A stretch of DNA of 64,000 bases from a virus. The stretch lies in IMG/VR virus record IMGVR_UViG_3300010232_000155; one strand, written 5' to 3'. Numbering within the stretch: the stretch's first letter is position 1; each line of letters starts with the position of its first letter. Under the pieces are notes generated by a model. The model saw only the letters and a program-made list of their open reading frames with translations. It did not search any database and had not been told where the DNA came from. Position numbers and translations under genes: made by a program. Below, in pieces: positions 20,262 to 29,237 of this stretch.

Positions 20262-20594
20262 TTAATCTCTGTTAACTGCCACAGTTATTATTTTGGTCTG
20301 CAGGGGCTTACCAAGAACTGGTACTTCCTCACCAACAAAATTAACATCAGATGGCGTATCCATAACTTCTCTCCTGACACCCCTGACTTCAGTAAGCCTG
20401 CTTACCCTGCCCATTGGTACGTCACCAATAGTATCCACCACTGTAGGCACCATACCGACAGTTACGAGTGCTCTCGCTCTGGCTCTCAGTTTCATCGCCT
20501 GATCCATTCCGAGTGGACCTCGCACTCCAACGTCTACTATCATCTTATCACCACGACGCTCGACAGTCTGAGGTTCTGTGATAATATCAAACAT
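20262..20594 (-). CDS. Small alpha/beta protein (paralogue-family candidate)
   Basis: VGVRGPLGMDQAMKLRARARALV. Confidence 0.65.
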   Translation of the reverse strand: MFDIITEPQTVERRGDKMIVDVGVRGPLGMDQAMKLRARARALVTVGMVPTVVDTIGDVPMGRVSRLTEVRGVRREVMDTPSDVNFVGEEVPVLGKPLQTKIITVAVNRD

Positions 20595-21085
20595 TACTTC
20601 GTTACCTGAACAGTTGCACTATAGATGTCAAACGGATCTTCATCGCTACTCAAATCCTCATCCTTCTCGATGTTACTAACATCGATCACTTCTGGTTCAA
20701 ATGGATTCTTTACTCTGACAAACGCTCTCGAACGTAGTGCAACTCCTCGAACTTTTATGCCTCTCGTTATCATGGATACTGCTGATTTTCGGATCGGTGG
20801 TGTCGTTCGGACTTTGAGATTATACGTAAGTTTGAACTCGTCAATGAACGGGCCAACTTGATTCTCTGCTTCGTTAATGAACGCTCCAACAGTATCAGCA
20901 CTAAACTCAGCAGCACGTTGGAGTGCTTCAAACTCCTTAGCAACTCCTCGGCTTACTGCCTCCTCCATGACACCCTCCTCAGGACGAGAGTATCCTTCAA
21001 CTACGAAACCACGATCAGGTGGTGCTTGTCCTTTCACTTCCATCGATTCAACCCAGATTCCAGGGAACGCGGTTTGTCTTGCCAT
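20594..21085 (-). CDS. Hypothetical protein (paralogue-family candidate in C-terminal half)
   Basis: 163 aa; C-terminal beta-helix-beta-beta pattern. Confidence 0.65.
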   Translation of the reverse strand: MARQTAFPGIWVESMEVKGQAPPDRGFVVEGYSRPEEGVMEEAVSRGVAKEFEALQRAAEFSADTVGAFINEAENQVGPFIDEFKLTYNLKVRTTPPIRKSAVSMITRGIKVRGVALRSRAFVRVKNPFEPEVIDVSNIEKDEDLSSDEDPFDIYSATVQVTK

Positions 21086-21087
21086 TG

Positions 21088-21594
21088 TTAGCTTCTCTCG
21101 TTAATATCGACTGTTATCCTGAACGTTGTGTACGTCGGTCGTTCTGTTACTATTTCAGTATTATACAAGTCGATGTCAGTAGTGAGGAAGTCAATATTCG
21201 ACGGTGTAGCAGTATACCCAGCAACGAACTCTGCAACGTCCTCACTAATTGCTTGTATAGTGACCGTGTGTCTCTCGATATTAGCCGGCAGTTTTTCAGT
21301 ACTATGAGCGTTGACCTTATATCCTGGCTGTTTCAAGCCAGGGACAAACTCGATCAACGGACGAGTTGCCTCGACAGCTACGAAACCACCAAGGCCAACT
21401 AGATCTCCCTCACCTACCTTATCGAGCGGTCCTGTCGGAATACGATCAGTGATACTCTCGAACTTATCACGAAGTGGTCTAGTACTGGATACTCGATCTG
21501 GTCCTCCAGTAATCCCGAGATTACCTCCCTGTCTGACCATTGGAGTATCCTCCTCTTCGTAGAAGCTTAGTCCATCATTATCACGACCTGACAT
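21088..21594 (-). CDS. Small alpha/beta paralogue-family protein
   Basis: Paralogue of 18454..18840. Confidence 0.75.
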   Translation of the reverse strand: MSGRDNDGLSFYEEEDTPMVRQGGNLGITGGPDRVSSTRPLRDKFESITDRIPTGPLDKVGEGDLVGLGGFVAVEATRPLIEFVPGLKQPGYKVNAHSTEKLPANIERHTVTIQAISEDVAEFVAGYTATPSNIDFLTTDIDLYNTEIVTERPTYTTFRITVDINERS

Positions 21595-21596
21595 TG

Positions 21597-22070
21597 TTAA
21601 TCCTCTACGAACACGTCAATCGCATACGTATCTCTCAATACTCTCGTCCGTACAAGATCGACAGAAGTAACTTTACTGAGATCAGTTACATACGTAGTAT
21701 AGCCAGTACCTGCCTCGATGATGGCTCTTGCCTCGGCCATTGTTTGAGTTGGTGCGTTAACATTGAGACTATACATGACTCCATCGGAGCCTTGATAACT
21801 GGCACTATTATCAATGCCAACCATCTCTGTTTCAGCACCAAACGGTACGCCGACTACATCTTCAAGTATATCAGCAATACCAGCTTGAGCAGCACCTGCC
21901 AGTACACCACTACCGAAATTCCTATTCTCGTACCTTGGGAATCTATCGGCCAGTAGATTATTTAACTCGTCTCTGGTAGCACGAGGAATCCTCTTAATTT
22001 GATCCTCATTACGCCTCCAGATAGGTTCACGATCCAACCGCTGCTCCATAGCTTCTCTAATTCTTGGCAT
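21597..22070 (-). CDS. Small alpha/beta paralogue-family protein
   Basis: YSLNVNAPTQTMAEARAIIEAG...TYAIDVFV. Confidence 0.7.
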   Translation of the reverse strand: MPRIREAMEQRLDREPIWRRNEDQIKRIPRATRDELNNLLADRFPRYENRNFGSGVLAGAAQAGIADILEDVVGVPFGAETEMVGIDNSASYQGSDGVMYSLNVNAPTQTMAEARAIIEAGTGYTTYVTDLSKVTSVDLVRTRVLRDTYAIDVFVED

Positions 22071-22076
22071 CTTTGA

Positions 22077-22520
22077 TCACACGAAGTCTGCCTCGCCACT
22101 AGACCGTGTATTCTTCCTCTGGGGCTGTTCGGGTTCACCCTCTCGCTCGTCACTCGAAGTATCACTACTAGGACTCCTAGTATTCCTATTCATCATACCC
22201 ATGCCAAGAGGTCCGTCACCACGTCCTCCGAGATTGAACATCCCACCATTTCCGAGTCCTCTAAGACTGAGATTATCCATCCCGAGTTCGAGACCGGAAC
22301 TGCCGAATAATCGTCCTCTTACGGGACCGCTCGGGAATACGAGTGTTCCTGCTGCACCTCTGACTAGTGTGAGACTAAAGCCAGAGTTTTCCATATAGAT
22401 AATGCTATCACCTAGTGAGCCAGTTTGAACCCAGCCGTTAGAATTTAGTTCAGTCCGAACTCGACTGAGTGATCTTGTATCTCTACGAACTACCGATGAA
22501 CCGATGTTTGGTCCTGCCAT
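22077..22520 (-). CDS. Gly-rich hypothetical protein with GPLG motif
   Basis: 147 aa, low-complexity C-terminus. Confidence 0.65.
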   Translation of the reverse strand: MAGPNIGSSVVRRDTRSLSRVRTELNSNGWVQTGSLGDSIIYMENSGFSLTLVRGAAGTLVFPSGPVRGRLFGSSGLELGMDNLSLRGLGNGGMFNLGGRGDGPLGMGMMNRNTRSPSSDTSSDEREGEPEQPQRKNTRSSGEADFV

Positions 22521-22522
22521 GA

Positions 22523-22804
22523 TTATACGTTTTCGAGTACGTCGGTGTTACGCTCTTGGAGGAAGTTACTCACTCGCCTCTTGGCTATTCTGCCACCAGC
22601 TTCTTGTAACCGATCAAAGGCCATTAACACTCCTTGTTCGGCCACATTATCTGGTCTCCTCCTGTCACAGATTACTTCATCCAACTGTGCCAACAATTCA
22701 TCTCTGAAACCAAAGTCCACTGCCCTCGGACGATCACGAAGTCGTCGTATGAGACGAGGTTCGATCAGCGGATCGTCAAGTAACTCCTCGTCATTAGTTG
22801 GCAT
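22523..22804 (-). CDS. Arg-rich small hypothetical protein
   Basis: 93 aa, preceded by TATA-like TTTATA. Confidence 0.6.
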   Translation of the reverse strand: MPTNDEELLDDPLIEPRLIRRLRDRPRAVDFGFRDELLAQLDEVICDRRRPDNVAEQGVLMAFDRLQEAGGRIAKRRVSNFLQERNTDVLENV

Positions 22805-22858
22805 CGGCTGATCCTAACGGGGGAAGGGGATATAAAGGTATGGGTCAGGAACTGTATC

Positions 22859-23164
22859 TCAAGCGGTCGCTATCCAGCGAACATCATTACCAGACGTTTC
22901 TGGTAGCACGTAGATGTCCTCTTGATTAACATCTAAGTCCAAGCTGATAGAAACGCCCTCGTCTAATGGGAACCCATTATCACTATCCAGGTTATCATCG
23001 AAGCCAACATAGATCCTGCCAGTCTCAGCAATTATCGCTATCGAACGTGTCTCAGTGCCAATAGAGACTAATCGTTCGGGATCGGTTGTACTACTCAGAG
23101 TCTTACCATCGTAACCAGCACCCTTGTTTGAGGCTGTCTGATTATTAGTATCTACTCCAGGCAT
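22859..23164 (-). CDS. Small beta-sandwich (jelly-roll-like) structural protein
   Basis: I.A..G.IYVG......GFPL..G.SI......IYV pattern shared with the C-terminus of the next ORF. Confidence 0.55.
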   Translation of the reverse strand: MPGVDTNNQTASNKGAGYDGKTLSSTTDPERLVSIGTETRSIAIIAETGRIYVGFDDNLDSDNGFPLDEGVSISLDLDVNQEDIYVLPETSGNDVRWIATA

Positions 23165-23811
23165 TATGCCATCCCCAATAATTGCACGACTTGTCCTTCG
23201 GTCTCTGAACTCATGTATAGTGTCTCGCCTCGAAGGTCTGCTTCAACCCAGAATACTTCTCCTGGTCCAAGAATGAACCCAGATTCTGGTTTTGACTTAC
23301 TATCCCCGATCACGACTGTATCATTATTATCCTCGTCTGCTCTTACGAACAGAACCCTCGTTTGAATATCCGTCGTGTCCGATTGAGGGACGAGCGGTTG
23401 AACACTATTATCATCATCGATCGCGTTATTCCCACTCACGGTAATATTATTATACGGCTCCATATAATTAGACATATCGATCAGTGTAGACAGTTGTGCG
23501 AGTTCAATACGCGCAATAATCTGCAATAATGCTGGCGTATCCAGGTTCTGTAATTCATCTAGGTCAATATCCAACCCAAACTCCCCCCTCGGGTCATTAC
23601 GATCAGGCTCTGGTACGTCACCACCAACATCACGACCTGGTTTGAGAAAATCAGGTATCGTGACTGAAATGTCCTCTACTTCCTCCTCTACTTGCTCTCT
23701 TGCCTCGTCTGTCAATTCATCAGCAGGGTTTACGAGTCCTTCAAGATGTTCCTCTTCTTCTGGAGTTTCTTCTTGTTTCCTGTCAACAGCGTCCTCGTAT
23801 GTTTCTGGCAT
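23164..23811 (-). CDS. Acidic N-terminus + helical segment + beta-sandwich domain; putative vertex/spike protein
   Basis: VRADEDNNDTVVIGD...GFILGPGEVF...LYMSS. Confidence 0.55.
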   Translation of the reverse strand: MPETYEDAVDRKQEETPEEEEHLEGLVNPADELTDEAREQVEEEVEDISVTIPDFLKPGRDVGGDVPEPDRNDPRGEFGLDIDLDELQNLDTPALLQIIARIELAQLSTLIDMSNYMEPYNNITVSGNNAIDDDNSVQPLVPQSDTTDIQTRVLFVRADEDNNDTVVIGDSKSKPESGFILGPGEVFWVEADLRGETLYMSSETEGQVVQLLGMA

Positions 23812-23852
23812 CTGTAAGAGCGTATGTTACGTGTATACTTAAGTTTTAGTGG

Positions 23853-25346
23853 TTACACTCGGGAGACTGCTTCTTTCACGTTTACTTTCCCATTCCCAAA
23901 TCGAGCATCGTATCCAGCCTTGCTGAATAAGAAACTGAAACTGTTAATGTGGGTACGATGCGGAACTTCTGCAGTTTCTTCGAGTATTTGTTTGATCTCC
24001 TCGTCTTGCATCGGTTCACCACGCTCTTCAACAGCTCTTGATTGCATCAACGTAATCACACCAGCGATCGATGGTGACGCGTGACTCGTTCCACCACCAC
24101 TCCCAAAAGGCCCTGTTGACAAGTCTTTGAGTTTCCACCCATCCTCAACTCCATAGTAAGTGACCATCGGTATGGGGAATGAGACGTTTGGCTTGGGATC
24201 AGCTATTGGGGCACAATCCCCTCTGCCGTGACTACTATATCGTTGAGCCTCTCTGCCATTGGTCAGTAATGCTCCGACTGTGAATACGTTTTGGATCGAG
24301 TTAGTACCAGTAATCGCGTTCGTGACACCGCTCGGTCGCCGTCCGCAATAACTCGCTTCATTTCCTGAGGCATATACTCCTGTCAGTCCTGCAGTTGAAG
24401 TTGCTACCCTGATCATATCATTAGCTGCTGAATTACAGAATTTCTGCTTCGGTCTGCCACTACACAGGGGAGTGCCGTACGAATGATTTGATATGATCGC
24501 TCGATCATATTCTAGTGTACTTATCCAATCCCATGCTTCAGTAATAATATCAGATCTAATCTGTCCCTCGTCATCAGTAATCCGAACGAGAATTACGTCC
24601 GACTCGGGAGCCATCCCATTGAACGGTACTCCCTCATCCCTATTAGCTGCCATCGCACCTGCCGTCATTGTTCCATGAGCTTCAGCAGGTGCGTAGACAC
24701 TCTCAACCGAGTCACTATGGTATGTTTCTATCACTCGTTCTTCACCTATGAGTCCCCTCGCATAGCCAGTATCAAAGATAGCACTGATGGCATTCTCGCC
24801 TCTCGTAAATCGTGACCAGACTTCTGGCACTCCTTCTTGCTCGTGAAGTCGTCGTAGGTTACCCTCAGCATTTTCAGCTGCTACTGGATCTATATCAGGT
24901 TGTGAGGAAATATCAAAGCGAAGATTCTCAGGGCCAAAGTCAGCCTTGGTCATTACAAACTCTGCTAGTTCAACATCGTCAATACCAGTAATTTCAGATA
25001 ATAATGCGTCAGTTGCTTTCACTGTAGCTACGGAGGCATCAATAATATTCTCCTCTCCTTTTCTGGCTTCTCGTATATCCCGTACTCCCTCTCTGATGAC
25101 CTCTGGTGTTAGATTGGCTTCTTCGATCACTTCTTCGATCGTATCCCTCGGGTTGGCAGTTACGATGGGAGCATTGTCTAGCTCGGTTATTGTGAGTCCA
25201 ATATTATCTAGTTCTGATCTAATGTTTTCTACGTCGTCAAATGTCTCTGCTTTTATGATGAAACTGTCTCTCAGTTCTGCAAATTGACGTGGTCCACCTG
25301 CACGAATTTTGGAGAGTTGATTTCTTAGTATCATTTGCAGTATCAT
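23853..25346 (-). CDS. Subtilisin-like S8 serine protease with N-terminal prodomain, no signal peptide
   Basis: Catalytic D (IFDTG), H (HGTMTAG), oxyanion N (ASGNE), S (GGTSHASP). Confidence 0.92.
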   Translation of the reverse strand: MILQMILRNQLSKIRAGGPRQFAELRDSFIIKAETFDDVENIRSELDNIGLTITELDNAPIVTANPRDTIEEVIEEANLTPEVIREGVRDIREARKGEENIIDASVATVKATDALLSEITGIDDVELAEFVMTKADFGPENLRFDISSQPDIDPVAAENAEGNLRRLHEQEGVPEVWSRFTRGENAISAIFDTGYARGLIGEERVIETYHSDSVESVYAPAEAHGTMTAGAMAANRDEGVPFNGMAPESDVILVRITDDEGQIRSDIITEAWDWISTLEYDRAIISNHSYGTPLCSGRPKQKFCNSAANDMIRVATSTAGLTGVYASGNEASYCGRRPSGVTNAITGTNSIQNVFTVGALLTNGREAQRYSSHGRGDCAPIADPKPNVSFPIPMVTYYGVEDGWKLKDLSTGPFGSGGGTSHASPSIAGVITLMQSRAVEERGEPMQDEEIKQILEETAEVPHRTHINSFSFLFSKAGYDARFGNGKVNVKEAVSRV

Positions 25347-25379
25347 TTTTCAGTACACACCCACATAAGCTTTGGCATT

Positions 25380-25870
25380 ACTTTGCTGTTTAATAGAGAG
25401 TGTTCTGACAGTATAGTATTGATCTGATCTCACAGTCACAATATAAATACGCAGATGTTCTGACAGTGTAAATAAAATTTTTTGAGCAAAATCTCCTCGC
25501 GCGCGCGCACACGCGCGTTTTAACTTAACTTATCTTATCTTGATCAGATCAGATCAAGATGGAGCCCTCGTGGCGCGTGTGGGCGGGTACGAGCGATCGC
25601 GCGACCTCACCGCTACTGCACCGCACCGCTGTACAGTAATAATATAATAATAGTTCAACAGCAAACAGCGCGCGAGCATGCGAGCGCCCGCACGCGTGGC
25701 TACAAAAATTGAGATCGAACTGAAATAATTTATTTTTATTATAGAGAGTTTTTTAAAAAACAGATCGTCTATTTAAATTAAAGTTATTAAAAACAGAGTT
25801 ATTTAGATCGATCTTATAGAGAGTTTTTTTTTTAAAACAGAGTTAAAAAAACAGATTGTTAAAAAGAGTA
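25380..25870. repeat. Non-coding cassette A: (CG)n tracts, GATC repeats, AT-rich GAGTT/AACAGA microrepeats; origin-like
   Basis: cgcgcgcgcgcacacgcgcg at 25498; gatcagatcagatc at 25542; A/T-rich repeats 25730-25865. Confidence 0.75.
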
Positions 25871-26653
25871 TTATTTAGAGAAGTAATGCTCTGTTTCTTC
25901 TTCGATTATAATTTCTACACTGTTAAATGCCTCCTCTCCACACCAGTCTTTGATCTTGTAATAATTATTTGAATCATAGAACTCCTTATAGATGTCAGCA
26001 AAATGTTTGAACCTTCTTTCATCGTTCCTGATCAGCTTCAGTGTTGATTCATCAAGGATCCTGAATCGACGCAGTAGAATAAAATAGAATTGTGTTTGTG
26101 GAGCAATCAGGATACTCTCAATATTATTCCAGTGAGGTTCGATTTGTTCTACTTTTATTTGTTCTGCTTTTCGGTCATACTCGAAAACATCTTTTGGTCC
26201 ATTACTAATACCAGACAGATGCTTATACGTACAACACCTGAAGATTACAGATTGATCTAAACCAGTATCTGTTTCAATCTGATTTACTTTTCTCAAGTAT
26301 TTATCTGACACGGTAAATTGAAATTTATCCTTATAAATCTTATTACTCCATTTTGCATCTGTTCTACACTCTGGTACTGACTCGTTAAATCCTTCAATCC
26401 TATTCAGATGCCGTACTTGTTTTCGCACTATGGTCCCTCCAGTCGTTATTGCACTGATGTCCCTAGCTTGATTTACGATTGCACGTTCGATAAATTCAGA
26501 AATTGAGGAACAGCTCCTGTCTGATCTTACAATATTATCTCGGATTATTGAAATAGGCGCTTCTTCCAGTCTGCAGGATCTTTTTCTCTCTTGCATCGCG
26601 TAATAGTATACGTCGGGGGTACTACTTAAAACTATGTTGATCTGGAGACTCAA
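25871..26653 (-). CDS. Putative double ribbon-helix-helix DNA-binding protein, atypically non-acidic
   Basis: SISEFIERAI and FQFTVSDKYLRKVNQI...DQSVIFR RHH-like segments; K/R rich; likely start MQERK. Confidence 0.5.
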   Translation of the reverse strand: MSLQINIVLSSTPDVYYYAMQERKRSCRLEEAPISIIRDNIVRSDRSCSSISEFIERAIVNQARDISAITTGGTIVRKQVRHLNRIEGFNESVPECRTDAKWSNKIYKDKFQFTVSDKYLRKVNQIETDTGLDQSVIFRCCTYKHLSGISNGPKDVFEYDRKAEQIKVEQIEPHWNNIESILIAPQTQFYFILLRRFRILDESTLKLIRNDERRFKHFADIYKEFYDSNNYYKIKDWCGEEAFNSVEIIIEEETEHYFSK

Positions 26654-26725
26654 GACTCACTAGAGTTTTAGAGTCAACAGCTTTATATATAATTCGGACT
26701 CTTAGACCGGCTCGGGGTTGCATAG

Positions 26726-26751
26726 CCCCACTTCCACCCCCCACCCACCCC
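26726..26751 (-). promoter_or_regulatory. G-quadruplex-forming motif upstream of the promoter of 25871..26653
   Basis: Minus strand GGGGTGGGTGGGGGGTGGAAGTGGGG; TATATAAAG about 40 nt downstream. Confidence 0.5.
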
Positions 26752-26890
26752 ACTCCTCTCAGGAGTATGGGAGACTCGTCATCTCCCTCCTTCCCCGTTC
26801 GCATCACCTGTGTAATGGGGTCAGATCAGCAGGGAGGGTTCCCATCACCCATCCTCGTCTTTTAACATACTCTGGGTATTCTGTAACTGG

Positions 26891-27487
26891 TTATTTACCA
26901 CCGAGGACGTTCTCTGGTCCATATTGTTCACACTTCTCTAAGAACATTTCTCTTTCCTTAATCTCCATCATAGCTCTCCTCTTTTCTTCATCTGTTTCGA
27001 GAATAGCATGTACTTCTAACTCTTCTATTTCCATAATATCATACTCAATGTCAGTAGTAGTGTCTAAATTACTTTCAATATGCTGTGCTAGTCTTTGTTC
27101 AATTTGTGTTGTTCTACCAACATAGAGTTGAACAACAGAACTTGGCTCTTTTACTTTGAGAGAGTATACGTAGAATATTAGGAGCTTCTGTTCTAAACCA
27201 AACTCATTAAGGAGATAATCTGAACGAAGTTCAACTTCTTTATCAAAACTAAATATGCTATTATCAGGTTCTCTGTTATTATTTCTTTTCCGCTTTCTCT
27301 CATAATATCCTTCACCATGCATCTCTATCATCAGTTCTTTCCAACTATCTCCGGTTTCTGATAGCTCCCATGTCTCTGCTTCTTCTGGTGTTTTGTCCAT
27401 GCTGGAGTCCTCACTATTCTCTATGTACACCAACTCCCATAAAACGTGGCCTCGATCAGCCATACTGAAAACCAGAAAATCTGCCAT
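26891..27487 (-). CDS. GIY-YIG nuclease
   Basis: FYVYSL...LYVGRTTQIEQRLAQH...E signature. Confidence 0.8.
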   Translation of the reverse strand: MADFLVFSMADRGHVLWELVYIENSEDSSMDKTPEEAETWELSETGDSWKELMIEMHGEGYYERKRKRNNNREPDNSIFSFDKEVELRSDYLLNEFGLEQKLLIFYVYSLKVKEPSSVVQLYVGRTTQIEQRLAQHIESNLDTTTDIEYDIMEIEELEVHAILETDEEKRRAMMEIKEREMFLEKCEQYGPENVLGGK

Positions 27488-27552
27488 ACTCGTAGTGGCC
27501 TAAATCCAGTTTCACATAACTTAATTAAGTACGGGGGTATTAGTGATACTGT

Positions 27553-28860
27553 ATGCCCGAAGGACCGCCGCTATTATGCTCAGCTTGTGGTCATGAGCTA
27601 TCAGGCAATAAGGAAGAGGAGGTTAGAAGCGAACAAAAAGACCAAGATCCCGATGATCCACACTTTGAAGAAGTTACTGGTGAGAAGGGTGATAGACTAA
27701 AATGCCTCGTAGCTGGCCAATTTGCTGCTCCTGTTAGTCCGAATAACAAAGAAAAGTATATTAAAACAGCACAAGATAATGGTAAAGCACATCTCATTCC
27801 AGAAGGTGCTGGGAAAGGAGGGACAGCTAAAACTGAGCAAAACGAAGATTCTCAAGAGGCTGGTACGCCACAGAGATCACGTAACGAGGTTTTCGAGTTT
27901 GAAGAAGAACAAGAGCAGATAGGAGTATTACAGGACGTTATCGTTAACCCACACTACGAACTCGGACAAGGCCAGATCAAAGAAGTCCTAAGCTGGGCTG
28001 AGGACTACAATGGACAAATGCCACCTGACGTACTCGAAGATATTCTCAAAAACATGTCTGGCATCTCTAAGCAAAAAGCCCAATTAGTCAAACAACGCTA
28101 CGAACTCAAACTGAACAAGTGGATCCAAGAACAACACAATGAAGAAGCTGGTCCACCAATTGGGATCGGAAGGGGACCAATGCCCACTACTCCAGCAAGT
28201 AACGGGTCACAATCAGGACCACCCCCTTCTCCATCACCACCACCGGATACTGACAATACTAGTGATGGGGATGAAAGTGACGAGGAAGATCGTAGTATTA
28301 GGAGTAGAATATCCGGTGGTGGCTCGGATGAGAATCCTAGGAAGAAACGACAGATGAACAGGATCGAGAGACGAACTAAAGCCGCTGATATTGCAGCAGA
28401 GGAAATGGCAAAGCAAGTAGCCCCCGAGGTAGCTCGTGAACTAAGTCGTAATTTCGGTACGTACTTCGGACTACCAGCTAAAGTATTGGAAGCTAAGGCA
28501 GAGAGAGATCCCGACTGGTTCCTCGAAAAGACCGATGAAATCGAGGAAAAACTCGGAATAAGCCTATTCGACTTGTTAGAAGAATCCCAAGCCAAGCAAG
28601 AACGTGATGATCAACAGCACGAAGAAACTACGAGTTCACAACCAGCCCCGGATAGGGAATTGGATAATGCACTCGATGAAATCAATACTGACGAACAGGC
28701 AGTTGAATCAGAACGCAGGCAGACAGAACCCGGTAATCCGATGAAAGCACACCCAGATGAACTAGAAGAGGAAGAAGAGTCAGATGAAGTACTACAACAG
28801 GAAGAAGAATCAGAGGATCCGTTTGATGGGATCTTTGGCGATGAAGCGGAGGCACAATAA
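27553..28860 (+). CDS. Hypothetical protein: N-terminal Cys cluster, helical core, Pro-rich linker, acidic tail
   Basis: CSAC...C at N-terminus; TATA-like TTAATTAAGTA about 25 nt upstream. Confidence 0.8.
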   Translation: MPEGPPLLCSACGHELSGNKEEEVRSEQKDQDPDDPHFEEVTGEKGDRLKCLVAGQFAAPVSPNNKEKYIKTAQDNGKAHLIPEGAGKGGTAKTEQNEDSQEAGTPQRSRNEVFEFEEEQEQIGVLQDVIVNPHYELGQGQIKEVLSWAEDYNGQMPPDVLEDILKNMSGISKQKAQLVKQRYELKLNKWIQEQHNEEAGPPIGIGRGPMPTTPASNGSQSGPPPSPSPPPDTDNTSDGDESDEEDRSIRSRISGGGSDENPRKKRQMNRIERRTKAADIAAEEMAKQVAPEVARELSRNFGTYFGLPAKVLEAKAERDPDWFLEKTDEIEEKLGISLFDLLEESQAKQERDDQQHEETTSSQPAPDRELDNALDEINTDEQAVESERRQTEPGNPMKAHPDELEEEEESDEVLQQEEESEDPFDGIFGDEAEAQ

Positions 28861-29237
28861 TGGGTAGTGGTCTCATTGGAGGTAGTGGTGGAGGTATCGA
28901 CGAACGAATAGCAGACATACTCGTTAACGTTTTCGACAGGTACGACATCGAACCAGGAGAGTTGAATAAGAACATCAACGATACCATCGAACTGGTCAGG
29001 GAGTTTGCCCCCGAGATCAGGGAATTACAAGAATTGACTGACAGTATGGAGAATGACGTACAGGATATGAGGAGGGATCTCAATAGTCTAGATCGTAACA
29101 TGGACGATCTCGGTGATACGCTGGATACGTTCAACGAGAACTCCGATGAACTGGCTGATCAATTAGAACGAGTTGCTGATTCAATGGAACAGTTTAACGA
29201 ACTTATCGATGACGCAGTAGAGGCTGATCAAAAATGA
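28860..29237 (+). CDS. Coiled-coil protein
   Basis: Heptad pattern L..L.D.M...V..M...L..L...M. Confidence 0.8.
   Translation: MGSGLIGGSGGGIDERIADILVNVFDRYDIEPGELNKNINDTIELVREFAPEIRELQELTDSMENDVQDMRRDLNSLDRNMDDLGDTLDTFNENSDELADQLERVADSMEQFNELIDDAVEADQK

Noticed and set aside
18203-22804. Gas-vesicle or bacterial-microcompartment gene cluster
   Set aside because: No GvpA or BMC signature motifs in any of the small ORFs
26622-27125. Track ORFs 26622..26807 (-) and 26718..27125 (+)
   Set aside because: Cross a promoter and G-tract or are antisense to the GIY-YIG gene; no coding signature
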